Below, in pieces: positions 12,900-26,936 of a stretch of 64,000 nucleotides of DNA. The notes below the pieces were generated by a model, which saw only the letters and a list, made by a program, of their open reading frames with translations, was not told the DNA's origin and made no database searches. The position numbers were made by a program, and so were the translations under genes. Origin of the DNA: Octopus bimaculoides (lineage: Eukaryota); assembly GCF_001194135.2 (NCBI RefSeq), contig NC_068996.1, forward strand, positions 47,038,512-47,102,511, in the 5' to 3' direction. Positions within the stretch are counted from its first letter, which is position 1. Each line of letters begins with the position of its first letter.

Positions 12900-13036
12900 A
12901 TAACATCATCGTCGTCGTCGTTGTCGTCATCACAATCATCATCATCAATCATCATCATCATCACAATGACCATCTTCATCATCATTATCATCATCATCAT
13001 TGCCATCATCATCACCATCACCATCACCGTCATCGT

Positions 13037-13068
<32 letters not shown>

Positions 13069-13118
13069 CAATCACCATCATCGACTTCATCATCAACATC
13101 GTCCTTACAATCATCAGT

Positions 13119-13158
<40 letters not shown>

Positions 13159-13168
13159 GTACAATGAC

Positions 13169-13212
<44 letters not shown>

Positions 13213-13370
13213 ACATCATCATCACAATCACCATCATCGACTTCATCATCAACATCGTCCTTACAATCATCAGTATCATCATCATTATCATCACAATCAG
13301 CACCACCACCACTGCTGCCGCCACCACGACGACCACCATGACCACCACCACATCATCAATCGTCAGTGAC
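12900..13370. repeat. Compound (CAT)n microsatellite with an internal higher-order duplication
   Basis: The block acaatcaccatcatcgacttcatcatcaacatcgtccttacaatcatcagtatc occurs twice (~13067 and ~13225). It adjoins a reversed retroposon 3' end at 13370-13520. Confidence 0.9.
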
Positions 13371-15382
13371 GACCACCTTTTGCATGCTTACGTGTGTAGG
13401 TTGGAATTTATTGAAACAGGTTTTCCTTGGCTGGATGCTGTTGGTATCACCAGTTCCTAACTGTTTCCAAGCAAAGTAACGTTTCCCCATGGCCAGACAT
13501 GGTTCTTGCAGCAGAATATTNNNNNNNNNNNNNNNNNNNNNNNNNNNNNNNNNNNNNNNNNNNNNNNNNNNNNNNNNNNNNNNNNNNNNNNNNNNNNNNN
13601 NNNNNNNNNNNNNNNNNNNNNNNNNNNNNNNNNNNNNNNNNNNNNNNNNNNNNNNNNNNNNNNNNNNNNNNNNNNNNNNNNNNNNNNNNNNNNNNNNNNN
13701 NNNNNNNNNNNNNNNNNNNNNNNNNNNNNNNNNNNNNNNNNNNNNNNNNNNNNNNNNNNNNNNNNNNNNNNNNNNNNNNNNNNNNNNNNNNNNNNNNNNN
13801 NNNNNNNNNNNNNNNNNNNNNNNNNNNNNNNNNNNNNNNNNNNNNNNNNNNNNNNNNNNNNNNNNNNNNNNNNNNNNNNNNNNNNNNNNNNNNNNNNNNN
13901 NNNNNNNNNNNNNNNNNNNNNNNNNNNNNNNNNNNNNNNNNNNNNNNNNNNNNNNNNNNNNNNNNNNNNNNNNNNNNNNNNNNNNNNNNNNNNNNNNNNN
14001 NNNNNNNNNNNNNNNNNNNNNNNNNNNNNNNNNNNNNNNNNNNNNNNNATGATGATGATAATGAGGAGGAAGAGGAGGAGGAAGGTGGTGGTGGTGGTGG
14101 TGGTTGGTGCTTGGTTCTCCCAAGTGGGACTGAACCTGGAACCATGTGGTTCGAAAGCAAGCTTCCTAACCACACGATCATGTCTACCCCTTGCGTTACA
14201 CATTCAACACACACACACACGTGTGTGTTGAATGACCGCAACAAACACAACTACTACCACCACTACCACCACCACCACCACCACTACCACCACCACCACC
14301 ACCACCACCACTAAAATGGTCCATCTCAGCAATATGGCCCAAATGACCCACTGCAATATGGTTCTTGACCACATTCTTTACTAGATTCTTGCTGGCATCT
14401 ACTCAGATACTTTTTGCGTCTGCCAGTTGTGAATATGTGAGCAAGTTTAAGAAGCTTTTAAACCATTCCTTCTTATCCTGCTAATCCGACAATCCCAGTA
14501 TGCACCTAAAGTTCCATTCCGGTAAAATGTCATTCGGTGGTATTATCATTATTTTCTTTCTTCGTTAGTGGTCATTGTCAACAGAAGCAGCAGCAGCAGC
14601 AGCACCAACCTCCACCACCACCACCACCACCGCCACTGCCACCNNNNNNNNNNNNNNNNNNNNNNNNNNNNNNNNNNNNNNNNNNNNNNNNNNNNNNNNN
14701 NNNNNNNNNNNNNNNNNNNNNNNNNNNNNNNNNNNNNNNNNNNNNNNNNNNNNNNNNNNNNNNNNNNNNNNNNNNNNNNNNNNNNNNNNNNNNNNNNNNN
14801 NNNNNNNNNNNNNNNNNNNNNNNNNNNNNNNNNNNNNNNNNNNNNNNNNNNNNNNNNNNNNNNNNNNNNNNNNNNNNNNNNNNNNNNNNNNNNNNNNNNN
14901 NNNNNNNNNNNNNNNNNNNNNNNNNNNNNNNNNNNNNNNNNNNNNNNNNNNNNNNNNNNNNNNNNNNNNNNNNNNNNNNNNNNNNNNNNNNNNNNNNNNN
15001 NNNNNNNNNNNNNNNNNNNNNNNNNNNNNNNNNNNNNNNNNNNNNNNNNNNNNNNNNNNNNNNNNNNNNNNNNNNNNNNNNNNNNNNNNNNNNNNNNNNN
15101 NNNNNNNNNNNNNNNNNNNNNNNNNNNNNNNNNNNNNNNNNNNNNNNNNNNNNNNNNNNNNNNNNNNNNNNNNNNNNNNNNNNNNNNNNNNNNNNNNNNN
15201 NNNNNNNNNNNNNNNNNNNNNNNNNNNNNNNNNNNNNNNNNNNNNNNNNNNNNNNNNNNNNNNNNNNNNNNNNNNNNNNNNNNNNNNNNNNNNNNNNNNN
15301 NNNNNNNNNNNNNNNNNNNNNNNNNNNNNNNNNNNNNNNNNNNNNNNNNNNNNNNNNNNNNNNNNNNNNNNNNNNNNNNNNN

Positions 15383-15420
<38 letters not shown>

Positions 15421-15790
15421 GATTAGTTTTCATATTATTTTTATTTTCAAATACTTCACTCAGTGAAGAAGGAATTTGTTTCAAATTGTATTTCTTTTTC
15501 CTTATTTTCATTGTTTCATTCCTTCACTGGAAAATGTAAAAAAAAAAAAAAAAAAAATCAATTATTAAAATTAAAAAAAATGACTTATTAATACTATATT
15601 TGATTCCAACGATTGTAAGTGTTAGTGCCAAAACAAATTGGATTGCTATTTTTATAGAATACCAATTAATCACCGTCACTCAATATGAAGACATACGATT
15701 CATAGACACTCAGGTCACAGACATTCAATTCACAGAACTCAGAAGATAGATGTTTAATTAACAGATAATTGCCAAACAAATAAAATCTAA

Positions 15791-16650
15791 TTAACCCTTT
15801 GGTTACCATTTTAATGTTGAACTATACTCTCTTTATTTCAATTAATTTTGGAAACAATAAAGAATTTACTATACTAAAATATCTTGGCCATTGACTATGC
15901 TGGTAAATGGGGAATATATTAGTACTGAATTTTATTGGGAAAGTTTAAGCAGAATTGGTCTTTGACAGGTTGGTATCAAAAGCATCAACCCTCCAATATT
16001 CCGATTATTTTACCAAATGTAATGCTTATTTCTTCATATTGTTTTGAATAAATCATGGATTATCTTGTATCTTTGAGACTCTGATGCGATTGCTTAGTTT
16101 CAGAAAGACATTGCCTGGTAGGCCAGAACCGGCCAGATTTGACCAGTTTGAATATAAAACAGAATATTTTGAATTTGGCCAGTTTAAATGATAAAAGATC
16201 AACACTCCAATATTCAGATTATTTTACCAAATCTAATGCTTATTTCTTCACATTGTTTTGAATAAATCATGCATTATTCTTATAGCTTTGAGATTTTGAT
16301 GATGTGATTGTTTAGTTTTAGATTGATTAGTTTAGTCTGGTGGGCCAGAACTGACCAGATTTGACCAGTTTGAACATAAAACAGAACATTTAGGATATGG
16401 CCAGTTTAAATGCTAAAGGGCCAACCCTATTAATATTTAGATTACTTTGTCAAATGTAATCCTTATTTGTTCACATCGTTTTCAATTAATCATGCATTAT
16501 CTTAGAGCTTTGAGATTTTGATGATTCAACTATTAATTTTTAGAATGATATTGTAGGATTGGTGTGAGAGGCCTGATCTGACCAGTTTGAACATAAAACA
16601 TCTGAAATATTTTGGGCCTGTTATGACTGGGTTAAATGCTAAAAGGTTAA
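15791..16650. mobile_element. Head-to-tail array of four TTAA-type (piggyBac-like) MITEs
   Basis: Starts TTAACCCTTT and ends AAAAGGTTAA. Internal junctions at ~15985, ~16199 and ~16421 are decayed AAAGGGTTAACCCT. Three ~220-230 bp units of one family follow one unit of a second family. Confidence 0.7.
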
Positions 16651-16989
16651 ATGCAGTTTCAGTGTGGAAAAGATAAATAAATGAATGAACAACATTATTG
16701 ATACAAAAGTATTTAAACTGCTACTTTGTTGTTTACAACAACAACAACAACAAGATTTCCATTTGATCCAATCAACAGAATAGCCTGCTCATGAAATTAA
16801 CATGAAAGTGGTTGAGCCCTCTACAGACACATGTAACCTTAATGTAATTTCTCAGAAGATGAGCAAAATCACAGTCATGGCAGATACCGGTGTCAATCCC
16901 ACTGAATTAAGCCGGGTACCAGGTGGCCATTTTAATCTGATACTGCTTCTCTTGCATACGATAAAATGATTATAGGTGGTTCTACCTGG

Positions 16990-17245
16990 TAGTTCTGCTG
17001 GGCTGGACATGTTGCAAGGTTCACAGACAACAGGTGGACTTGTGCAGTTGCTGAGTGGTATCCAAGACATCAGAAAAAGACCCCACTTGGAAGGCTTCCA
17101 TGATGATGGGAAGATGATCGAGTTAAGAAATTTGGGTTTAGATGGAAAAGAACGACACAATCAAGACAGAATTGGAAGTGCATTGTGGCAAGCGGTGTAT
17201 ATCAGAATCTGATGGTCTGGTCAATGCTGTGATACTGTGATATGC
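16990..17245 (+). mobile_element. 3' end of a decayed RTE-clade LINE (second family)
   Basis: Reads WAGHVARFTDNRWTCAVAEWYPRHQKKTPLGRLP**WEDD...W.R...R..W, the conserved RTE post-RT C-terminus, followed by a short gtgatact-type tail. Confidence 0.7.
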
Positions 17246-18546
17246 CAGAGAAAACTGGTTGATTGACCCTTTGAGTCTATGGACCTGTTTTAGCATTTGT
17301 TTCATTTTATTTATTTTTTTGCTTACTATGAAACATTTTTCATCAGTATCATCATCATTATCGTCATTGTTTAACATCCAACTTGGTAACTCCTATTAGT
17401 AAATGAAACATGTGTAATGGTGAATAACTAATAGCAAAAAATTTCCACTTTCCTGTTTTATTATATGTGTATAGGCTTCTTTCAGTTTCTATCTACCAAG
17501 TTCATTCACAAGTTAACCCAAGGCTGTTGTAGAAGACACTTGCTGAAGGAGCCATGCACTGGGACTGAAACTAGAACCATGTGGTTGGAAAGCAAACTTC
17601 TTACCATATGACTATGCCTGCACCTTGTATTATATATGTTTTTAATTTATACTTTTGATTATTTAAAGCAATTTCAAGGGTACATCTTATCATAATCCTT
17701 GTTAATAATTTCTGATAGTGATTAACATTAAAGTAAGAAGGTGGGTTCTATGTAGTCAATCAATATGTTAGAAATAGCAGTCAAATCTCCATAAAGTGAT
17801 ATGCTAAAATTCTAAAACAGAAAGAACACATTGTATAATGTACTCCTTGATACACTTGTGTAGGAAATTGACTGCTTGATCCAGTATGACCTAGGGTTAA
17901 ATAACACAATGCTACATGTGCACCACTATATGCACCATTACCAAACACCAACAACATTACCCAAAACACCCTCAGCATGAGAACTCAAGATGGTAGCCTC
18001 TATTTATTTACTTGACTACTTGACCTTCTAGAAATAGCAATCAAATCTCTCTTAAATCATATCTACCATCTTTGAGAAGGGCACATTGAAAATGGGTAAC
18101 CTTCACTAAGAAAAGTGATATGATGCTTTGGTCATGTGTTTGCTTAATCAAGGTTGACCCAGAAGGGCTAAACAACATCAGTGACAAAAACCTATTTCTT
18201 CTTTTAGCTGCTTGGTGTTTTTCTCTTTTCATCATTCTTCTTTCTTTAGTCTTTAATCTTTCTTCATTCATCAAACCAATCAAATAATCTCATCTGTCAT
18301 AAGTAAATCCCGCAAATTGCTGCAAGGCGAAAAAATTCAGAGATCTCTGAAATATTTGCACAACGGTTAAAGTGTCAGACAAAATACTTTGTGGCATATT
18401 TAGTAATGGCTCTTTAGGCTTTTGAATTCAGTTTCCACTAAGGTGGGTGTGAGATGCTTTGGTTCAACCATTTTGGTGCCACTTGTTTGGCATTTTAATG
18501 TTTCTTGCTCTCTCTCTCTCTTTTTCTATCTCTCTATCTATATATG

Positions 18547-18604
<58 letters not shown>

Positions 18605-19814
18605 NNNNNNNNNNNNNNNNNNNNNNNNNNNNNNNNNNNNNNNNNNNNNNNNNNNNNNNNNNNNNNNNNNNNNNNNNNNNNNNNNNNNNNNNNNNNNNNN
18701 NNNNNNNNNNNNNNNNNNNNNNNNNNNNNNNNNNNNNNNNNNNNNNNNNNNNNNNNNNNNNNNNNNNNNNNNNNNNNNNNNNNNNNNNNNNNNNNNNNNN
18801 NNNNNNNNNNNNNNNNNNNNNNNNNNNNNNNNNNNNNNNNNNNNNNNNNNNNNNNNNNNNNNNNNNNNNNNNNNNNNNNNNNNNNNNNNNNNNNNNNNNN
18901 NNNNNNNNNNNNNNNNNNNNNNNNNNNNNNNNNNNNNNNNNNNNNNNNNNNNNNNNNNNNNNNNNNNNNNNNNNNNNNNNNNNNNNNNNNNNNNNNNNNN
19001 NNNNNNNNNNNNNNNNNNNNNNNNNNNNNNNNNNNNNNNNNNNNNNNNNNNNNNNNNNNNNNNNNNNNNNNNNNNNNNNNNNNNNNNNNNNNNNNNNNNN
19101 NNNNNNNNNNNNNNNNNNNNNNNNNNNNNNNNNNNNNNNNNNNNNNNNNNNNNNNNNNNNNNNNNNNNNNNNNNNNNNNNNNNNNNNNNNNNNNNNNNNN
19201 NNNNNNNNNNNNNNNNNNNNNNNNNNNNNNNNNNNNNNNNNNNNNNNNNNNNNNNNNNNNNNNNNNNNNNNNNNNNNNNNNNNNNNNNNNNNNNNNNNNN
19301 NNNNNNNNNNNNNNNNNNNNNNNNNNNNNNNNNNNNNNNTACATATATACATCCATACATACACATGTACATTATGATGGGCTTCTTTTAGTTTCTGTCA
19401 ACAAAATCCACTCACAAGTGTTTTGGGCTGCCCCAGGCTACAGTAGAAGACACTTGCCCAAGGTGTCATGTAGTGGGACTAAACCCAGAATCACGTGGTT
19501 GGGAAGGAAGCTTCTTACCACACAGTCACGCCTGCACCTATGCCTGTGAGTTTATAATCGCAAGGAAGACAACCAAATTAAGAATACCACAGTGGAGGAG
19601 GTGGGTTAGACGAGGCATTTTGACGCCTTCCACCTGAAAATGCTTTCCTTTAGATTAAGGCAAGAAATAAAATAAACTAAACCAATATATATATATAAAT
19701 AAATCAATAGATAAATAGAATGAAATAAGACCAAATTGTTTCTTTTCCTCTATTGGAACTAAATTAACAGATGCTATTGATAGGAATCTGGCAGTCTTTC
19801 ATGCAATAGTAATA

Positions 19815-19960
<146 letters not shown>

Positions 19961-20384
19961 ATTGGCACAGCTGCAGGAATAACAACGGTGGTTTCTAATT
20001 TAAGTTCAAAGCTGTAAATTTTGGCAAGCTGGCACTTGTTTGATTGGATTGATCCAAGTATTTGACTCATACTTAATTTTATTGACTCTCGCTTTATTTT
20101 ATTGTTCCATCTATTATTTAACATGTGCAGCATGTTAAATGATAGATGGAACACACTATCCAAACCTCTTACCAGCGACTGTTGCCCAGAGTTGCTTTAC
20201 CTGATTCACCCAATTAAATAATATCAATGCTACCTACATAACATTCCAAATTGTTAATCATTAGACTATCAGATTACTTCCTACTGCTGGCTTTCTTAGA
20301 TATCCGATCTGGTACTAGGTGTAGTTTATTATATAACTCCCTCTTCCTTTGAACTCCTTAAAGTTAAGTAGTACACTATTATTA

Positions 20385-20750
20385 CTAACAAAAAACTGTG
20401 TATACTCCATCCCATGCAGCTGTGGTAGGTTATACAAAGGCGAAACATGCCGCCCCCTCAAAATAAGGGTAGAAGAACATCGCAAAGCTGTGACACGAGG
20501 AGATATTGATAAATCAGGTATAGCTGATCATGTATGGAAAAATGGAGACCACCTCCCCCTGTGGGATGATGTTAAAATAATAAACAGAGAACACCACTGG
20601 GAAATACGAAAACTAAAAGAAGCAGCACATATGCTAGGACACAACAACCTCCTAAGCAGGCCGAGTGCAGATAAGAATAGCACATGGGAACCGGTGTTAA
20701 GGAAGGATAGGAAAATATTAGATTTATTAGCCCTAAAATTCACTCTATAA
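20385..20750 (+). mobile_element. Penelope-like element GIY-YIG endonuclease fragment
   Basis: CVYSIPCSCGRLYKGETCRPLKIRVEEHRKAV...SGIADHVW...REHHWEIRKLKEAAHM: GIY-YIG motifs (VY-I-C-C, Y-GET-R, R..EH, KE). Confidence 0.9.
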
Positions 20751-20883
20751 TTGCCCATGGACATATGGCGTAGTGGTTAAGAACGCAGGCTGAATAATAG
20801 TAATAATAATATTAATAATAATAATAACTATAACTTCAAAAAATACCTTAGGAATGAGAACCCAGGTTCAAAATTTCCCCATG

Positions 20884-20927
20884 ACACCTGATGAAGGTTG
20901 GAGGGTATATCAGCCGAAACGTTATGA
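20884..20927 (+). ncRNA. Hammerhead motif in the PLE 3' terminal repeat (core intact, stem I decayed)
   Basis: ACAC CTGATGA A GGTTG GAGGGTATAT CAGCC GAAAC GTT ATGA, ~135 bp downstream of the GIY-YIG ORF. Confidence 0.65.
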
Positions 20928-21319
20928 GGATAAACAAAATGAGGACAAATATCCATTAAATGAAAATAATGTAGATAATGTATTACTACTAGGTATTTCC
21001 TTTCCAGGCAAACATGCCCTCATATTACAAGTGGTCTCCATTAGCCCCATATAACATTTCATATCTAAAACAACATCCTACATCTTTCCCCTTTACCAGG
21101 TAAATCAATCATGCATAACACTACAATTCCTTAACATTTGGAACTTATCATTTGATTGCCTTCGTACTCTCCCCCAACATTCAACCTATATCCACAGAAT
21201 ACCCCTAAATTCTGTGAATCTCTGCCCTCCTCCCTTTGTTCTTTACCCTTAGTTAGTGAATCCTAATCCCCAACTCTATACCCAATTGACTTTATTTATG
21301 CTCTTACTCTCTGTTTTAC

Positions 21320-21727
21320 TCTTTTACTTGTTTCAGTCATTTGACTGTGGCCATGCTGGAGCACCGCCTTTTAGTCAAGCAAATCGACCCCAGGACTTAT
21401 TCTTTGTAAGCCTAGTACTTATTCTATCGGTCTCTTTTGCCGAACCGCTAAGTTACGGGGACGTAAACACACCACCATCGGTTGTCAAGCAATGTTGGGG
21501 TGACAAACACAGACACACAAACACATAGACACATACATATATATATATATATATACATATATACGATGGGCTTCTTTCAGTTTCTGTCTACCAAATCCAC
21601 TCACAAGGCTTTGGTCGGTGCGAGGCTGTAGTAGAAGACACTTGCCCAAGGTGCCACGCAGTGGGACTGAACCTGGAACCATGTGGTTGGTAAGCAAGCT
21701 ACTTACCACACAGCCACTCCTGCACCT
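21320..21727 (-). mobile_element. Full-length microsatellite-centred SINE
   Basis: Reverse complement of tail (21320-~21525), short (TA)n, then head (~21563-21727). Confidence 0.88.
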
Positions 21728-23309
21728 ATGCATTTATATTTCTTCACTTTTTACTTTTCACTTTCTTTATTCATTGTCCTTTATTCATTGTCCTCTCCTA
21801 GCTACCCATTTCTCTATGCCTAGGATAATAAAATATCACCTACACTTCACCTCTAACCTATCAAAGAACCAGTCTAGCTGACTCTTATCTCACCTGTATT
21901 GCTGACCCTAAATATCATATTACACCCTTTCACAAACTATATTCTTAACCTAACCCAACCCTTTAATGCCTATAACGACCAACTTTGCTGGTCTAACTTC
22001 CATATTTAGTCTCAACAGACTTCAGCCATGTCCCTGTTGTATTCTTGGGATATTTTTTTCTTTGTAAAATTACTTTTCTTTGTAATGGAATAATGTTCTC
22101 ATTCTTCTATTAAAAAGTGTGTAAGAAACAGCTGTAATGAGCTAACATTTATCCATTGTATGTTATTATTCATTTGATTATTATATGTCAAGGGGATTTA
22201 CGAGTTGTTGGACACCCTAGAGTATACCAACAAACATACAATTCAATGGAATGAGTGCCTTGGACCAGCCCCTAGGTGCTAAATACTCATAGGGTTGGTT
22301 TTCTCTGTGTACACAATTGGAATATCCTATTTGATACTCACCAACCATAGGCCAGAACTACAGGTTTATCCAACCCTACCCAGTGCATATCTTTTCAAGT
22401 AACTGATTCTATCTAAATCCTTATTTTACTATAATATACATATATATATGTGTGTGTATGTATATGTATGTATATATGTATATATAAATAACAAATGAAA
22501 GACAGAAGATGGAATATATGAGAATATATTATTAATCACAACAATTGTTTCGACACATCTAGCATCGACTCCTCTTGTGGGACACGCAAAAACTGGTTCA
22601 GGAGTATCCGGTGGTGCAGACTTATTTTGTCGGGTGATAAATAAAAAAAAACATCTCGTTAAAATGACTGTTCCATAATGCAACTTTCCGTTTTGTAGAG
22701 AGAAAAACAGCCAGATGGAGGAAAATTCTTTAGAAAAATAAGATCCAAAAATAAAATTGCCGAAGACAAAAAGAGAAACGAACACTTAATCCAGCGAGAA
22801 AAGTATTGAAAATAACTGTTAACAGATATGTATGTATAAATGCCCTCGGGCAAACTGCATGACACGAGTACACACGCTCATACAAGGATTAGCAAAAATG
22901 TGAGCATACGTACACACAAGGTTTGGTGCATTCATAATCACAAAGCGAGTTAGATATTTAGTAGGTGTTTAGAAAACCAGAGAGGTTTAAAGTAAATTTA
23001 AGTCATTCATACCTTAAAGTAAAATAAAATAAAATTACACTAAGTTAACGGTTACTCCAAATTCATTCTCCCTGCATTGTGCAAAAGTACATTTATATGT
23101 AGACATCTCGATAGTCTTTCAGAAATTCTATTAAGTATCTTTTCGTTAGTCCATATATATATATATATGCACATATATATACACACATATATATACACAT
23201 ATATATTTGCATATATATATATATATATATNNNNNNNNNNNNNNNNNNNNNNNNNNNNNNNNNNNNNNNNNNNNNNNNNNNNNNNNNNNNNNNNNNNTAT
23301 ATATAGACA

Positions 23310-23610
23310 TTCAAGCGAGATCATTGCCAGTGCTGATGGATTGGCTCCTGTGCAGGTGGCACGTAAAACACACCATTTCGAGCGTGGCCGTCGCCAGTAC
23401 CGCCTGACTGGCCCTCGTGCCGGTGGCACATAAAAGCACCCACTACACTCTCGGAGTGGTTGGCATTAGGAAGGGCATCCAGCTGTAGAAACTCTGCCAA
23501 ATCAGATTGGAGCCTGATGTCGCCTCCTGGCCCACCAGTCCTCAGTCAAATCGTCCAACCCATGCTAGCATGGAAAGCGGACGTTAAATGATGATGATGA
23601 TGATGATGAT
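23310..23610 (+). mobile_element. RTE 3' UTR-only copy with (GAT)n tail
   Basis: Same sequence as 11452-11780. Confidence 0.8.
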
Positions 23611-23624
23611 ATATACATATGTAT

Positions 23625-23965
23625 CAGGTGTGGCTGCATGATAAGACGCTTGCTTCCCAATCACATAGCTTCAAGTTCATTCCCACTGTGTGACACCTTG
23701 GGCGAAGTGTTGTCTAACCAAAGCCTTGTGTGTGGCTTTGGTAGATGGAAACTGAAAGAAACCCATTGTGTGTATGTACCTCATCACTGTTTGGCAACTG
23801 GTGTTGGTGTGTTTACATCCCTGTAACTTAGTGGTTTGGCAAAAGAGACTGATAGAATAAGTACTTGGCTTAAGAAATAAGTCCTGGAATTGATTTGTTC
23901 GACTAAAACCCTTCCAGGCAGTGCTCCAGTATGGCCACAGTCAAATGACTCAAACAAGTAGAATA
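23625..23965 (+). mobile_element. Compact copy of the microsatellite-centred SINE (centre barely expanded)
   Basis: Head and tail are joined by only ttgtgtgtatgt (~23766-23777). Confidence 0.8.
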
Positions 23966-24965
23966 TGTGTAGTGGCTTTTGCACTGTTACCATTTGCTGA
24001 ATTCCACTGTTGAGACATAAGGCAAGTTCAGGTGATGGTAGAAGATTGTATGTAGAAGTGACTTAGATGCCATACATGCAGCACACCTGGTAGATCAATT
24101 AGTAACTACTGGTACGGAAAGACGATTAGAGACAAATTAGATTGCTTTAAATTTTCCTTTTCTTCTAGTATTAATTGGCCTGTGTTGTAATGTAATTTAA
24201 TGAAAGACCGTGATTAAACTCTGGACACAAATTGTTATTATGCATGGTCCCCTTCTCTTTAGGTATTCTCTGACATTCAAAGGCTCAACACTTAACATTA
24301 ATCATTCACTCATTATCACCCCCCATCACCTTGTATTTGCAGAGCTGCCGCTTTTTATTTGGGATTGCTTTCATGTCTTTATATTCTATTAGTTATTCAT
24401 TACTCAATAATACTTTTATCTTTAAATCTTAATATCAATCTCATTAAATCATTGCACACTATTGGCAAAGTTCTTTCTCTCTGTGGAACACAATTTCTGC
24501 TCGTGTGATCTCATTAATTATTACCATTTGGCCCTCTGGATTTACCATTATTGTCATGGTACTGACCCATTATTGACATTAACTTGAAATCTTCATTTGT
24601 CCTCAACATATGTTTACGTTTTGTGTGTCTAGTCAAGATACAATGCACAATCATAAACTTATGACTTCCTTGAGTTAGTCATTAAACAACTTCTACAAGA
24701 GCTGCGGGCAAAGCTGTGCAGTTATGAAGTTTACTTCGCAACCACATGGTTTCAGGTTCAATCTCGCTGCATGGCACTTTGGGTGAGTGTCTTGCATTAT
24801 AACCTCAGATCAACCATTGGCATATCAGTGAATTCAATAGACAAAAACTATCTAAGACTACACTGTGTCTTATAACAGAAACAGCTGTAAGGTAATGAAG
24901 TTCATTGGATAATTTCTTGTTTCCTTATCATTTTATATGATCTCTTTTGTGTGTGTGTGTGTGTC

Positions 24966-24998
<33 letters not shown>

Positions 24999-25010
24999 GT
25001 GTGTGCATGT

Positions 25011-25055
<45 letters not shown>

Positions 25056-25065
25056 CTCTTTTCTC

Positions 25066-25450
25066 TTTTACTTGTTTCAGTCATTTGACTGTGGTCATGC
25101 TGGAGCACCGCCTTTAGTCAAGCAGATCGACCCCGGGACTTATTCTTTGTAAGCCTAGTACTTATTCTATCGGTCCCTTTTGCTGAACTGCTAGGTGACG
25201 GGGACATAAGCACCCAGCATCAGTTGTTAAGCAATGCTAGGGGGACAAACACAGACACACAAACACACACAAATATATATACATATATACGACGGGCTTC
25301 TTTCAGTTTCCGTCTACCAAATCCAGTCACAAGGCTTTGGTCGGCTCGAGGCTATAGTAGGAGACACTTGCCCAAGATGCCACACAGTGGGAATGAACCC
25401 ACAATCATGTGGTTGGTAAGCAAGCTACTTACCACACAGCCACTCCTGCG

Positions 25451-25452
<2 letters not shown>
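25066..25452 (-). mobile_element. Full-length microsatellite-centred SINE
   Basis: Reverse complement of tail, short centre, then head. Confidence 0.88.
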
Positions 25453-25497
<45 letters not shown>

Positions 25498-25807
25498 ATA
25501 CAAATAATATGTGAGTATATGCGTATATACGTACATGTATGTACATACCTACATCTACATGTATATATAGATGCATAACTGGGTACAGGACGTCACAAAA
25601 AAATAAATGTGGACAAAATGAAAAACAAGAATATAAACAAAGCATGGAAAACAAACTTTTTTCGGACAACGGTAGGAACACACAGGAAAACAGACAGGCT
25701 ACATAGAGAACATTTCCTTCATCAGCAGCCCCTATTCTAAACTAAGCGTTTCGAAGTGNNNNNNNNNNCCTTCATCAGCAGCCCCTATTCTAAACTAAGC
25801 GTTTCGA

Positions 25808-25869
<62 letters not shown>

Positions 25870-26214
25870 TACACACATATGCATGTATGTGCTGTGTGTG
25901 GTATGGTGTGGTGTGGTTTGGTGTGGTACATTTGAAATGTCCAACTAAAACCTTAACATGTGATTTAAATGCACTGCTAACACAGTAGAACATGGTATTG
26001 ACCTATAAAAACGTTTCATATATACTTTGTAGCATAGGGAAGAATATTTACTTCTCCATTAATCTGGTAAAACTTCCCATCTTCTTCAACCGGAATGGCT
26101 TTAGCCAGTTATTTCTCTGTAATGAATACATATGGTTGCATAACGAAATACCATGTGCCTACAAGTCATTAGTATCGGAGATGTAGTCCTGGGACTTGTC
26201 AGGTTAAAAAAATC

Positions 26215-26269
26215 CAACCTCCATGCCAGCATGGAACATGGACATTAAATGATAATGGTAATGATGATT

Positions 26270-26311
<42 letters not shown>

Positions 26312-26335
26312 GTGATGATGATGGTTGATGATGAC

Positions 26336-26385
<50 letters not shown>

Positions 26386-26560
26386 GTGATGATAGTTGAT
26401 GATTGATGATGATGATGACAATGAGAATGATGGTGATGGTGATGATAATGATGATGACAATGATGATGATGGTTGATGATGATTGATAATGATGACGACG
26501 ATGATGAAAGTGACAATGATGACAATGATGATGATAACAACAATGATGATGATGATAATG
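26215..26560 (+). repeat. Expanded compound (GAT)n tail of an RTE-type 3' end
   Basis: ccatgccagcatggaacatggacattaaatga runs directly into ~310 bp of GAT/GAC/GGT triplets. Confidence 0.8.
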
Positions 26561-26853
26561 ATTACAACTCTACAGTTAAGGTAGGATTGTTTTTACAAGA
26601 AATTTACATTTAGTAACTGAAATGACCCTTGCATATTCATTAAATCTGCAACCCACCCCACAGGTGTTACTCACGAGTGAGTATGAGTGTGAGAATGAAC
26701 TTGAATATGATTTGGTAATATGTACCATGTTTCTACTAATTATTTTGGGTACGTATGTAGTTATGAACTGACACAGGTACCCAACCAACCCTGTCACTCT
26801 TGACTCAGTAGAGCGTCTAGGTTGTGATAGCTAAATAGATAGATAGATAGATG

Positions 26854-26884
<31 letters not shown>

Positions 26885-26887
26885 GGA

Positions 26888-26936
<49 letters not shown>

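Noticed and set aside
17781-18283. Two short minus-strand ORFs
   Set aside because: No recognisable motif or splice context; flanked by a repeat terminal motif.
25716-25811. 43-bp direct repeat flanking a 10-N gap
   Set aside because: Identical overlap on both sides of a minimal gap is typical of unmerged contig ends.
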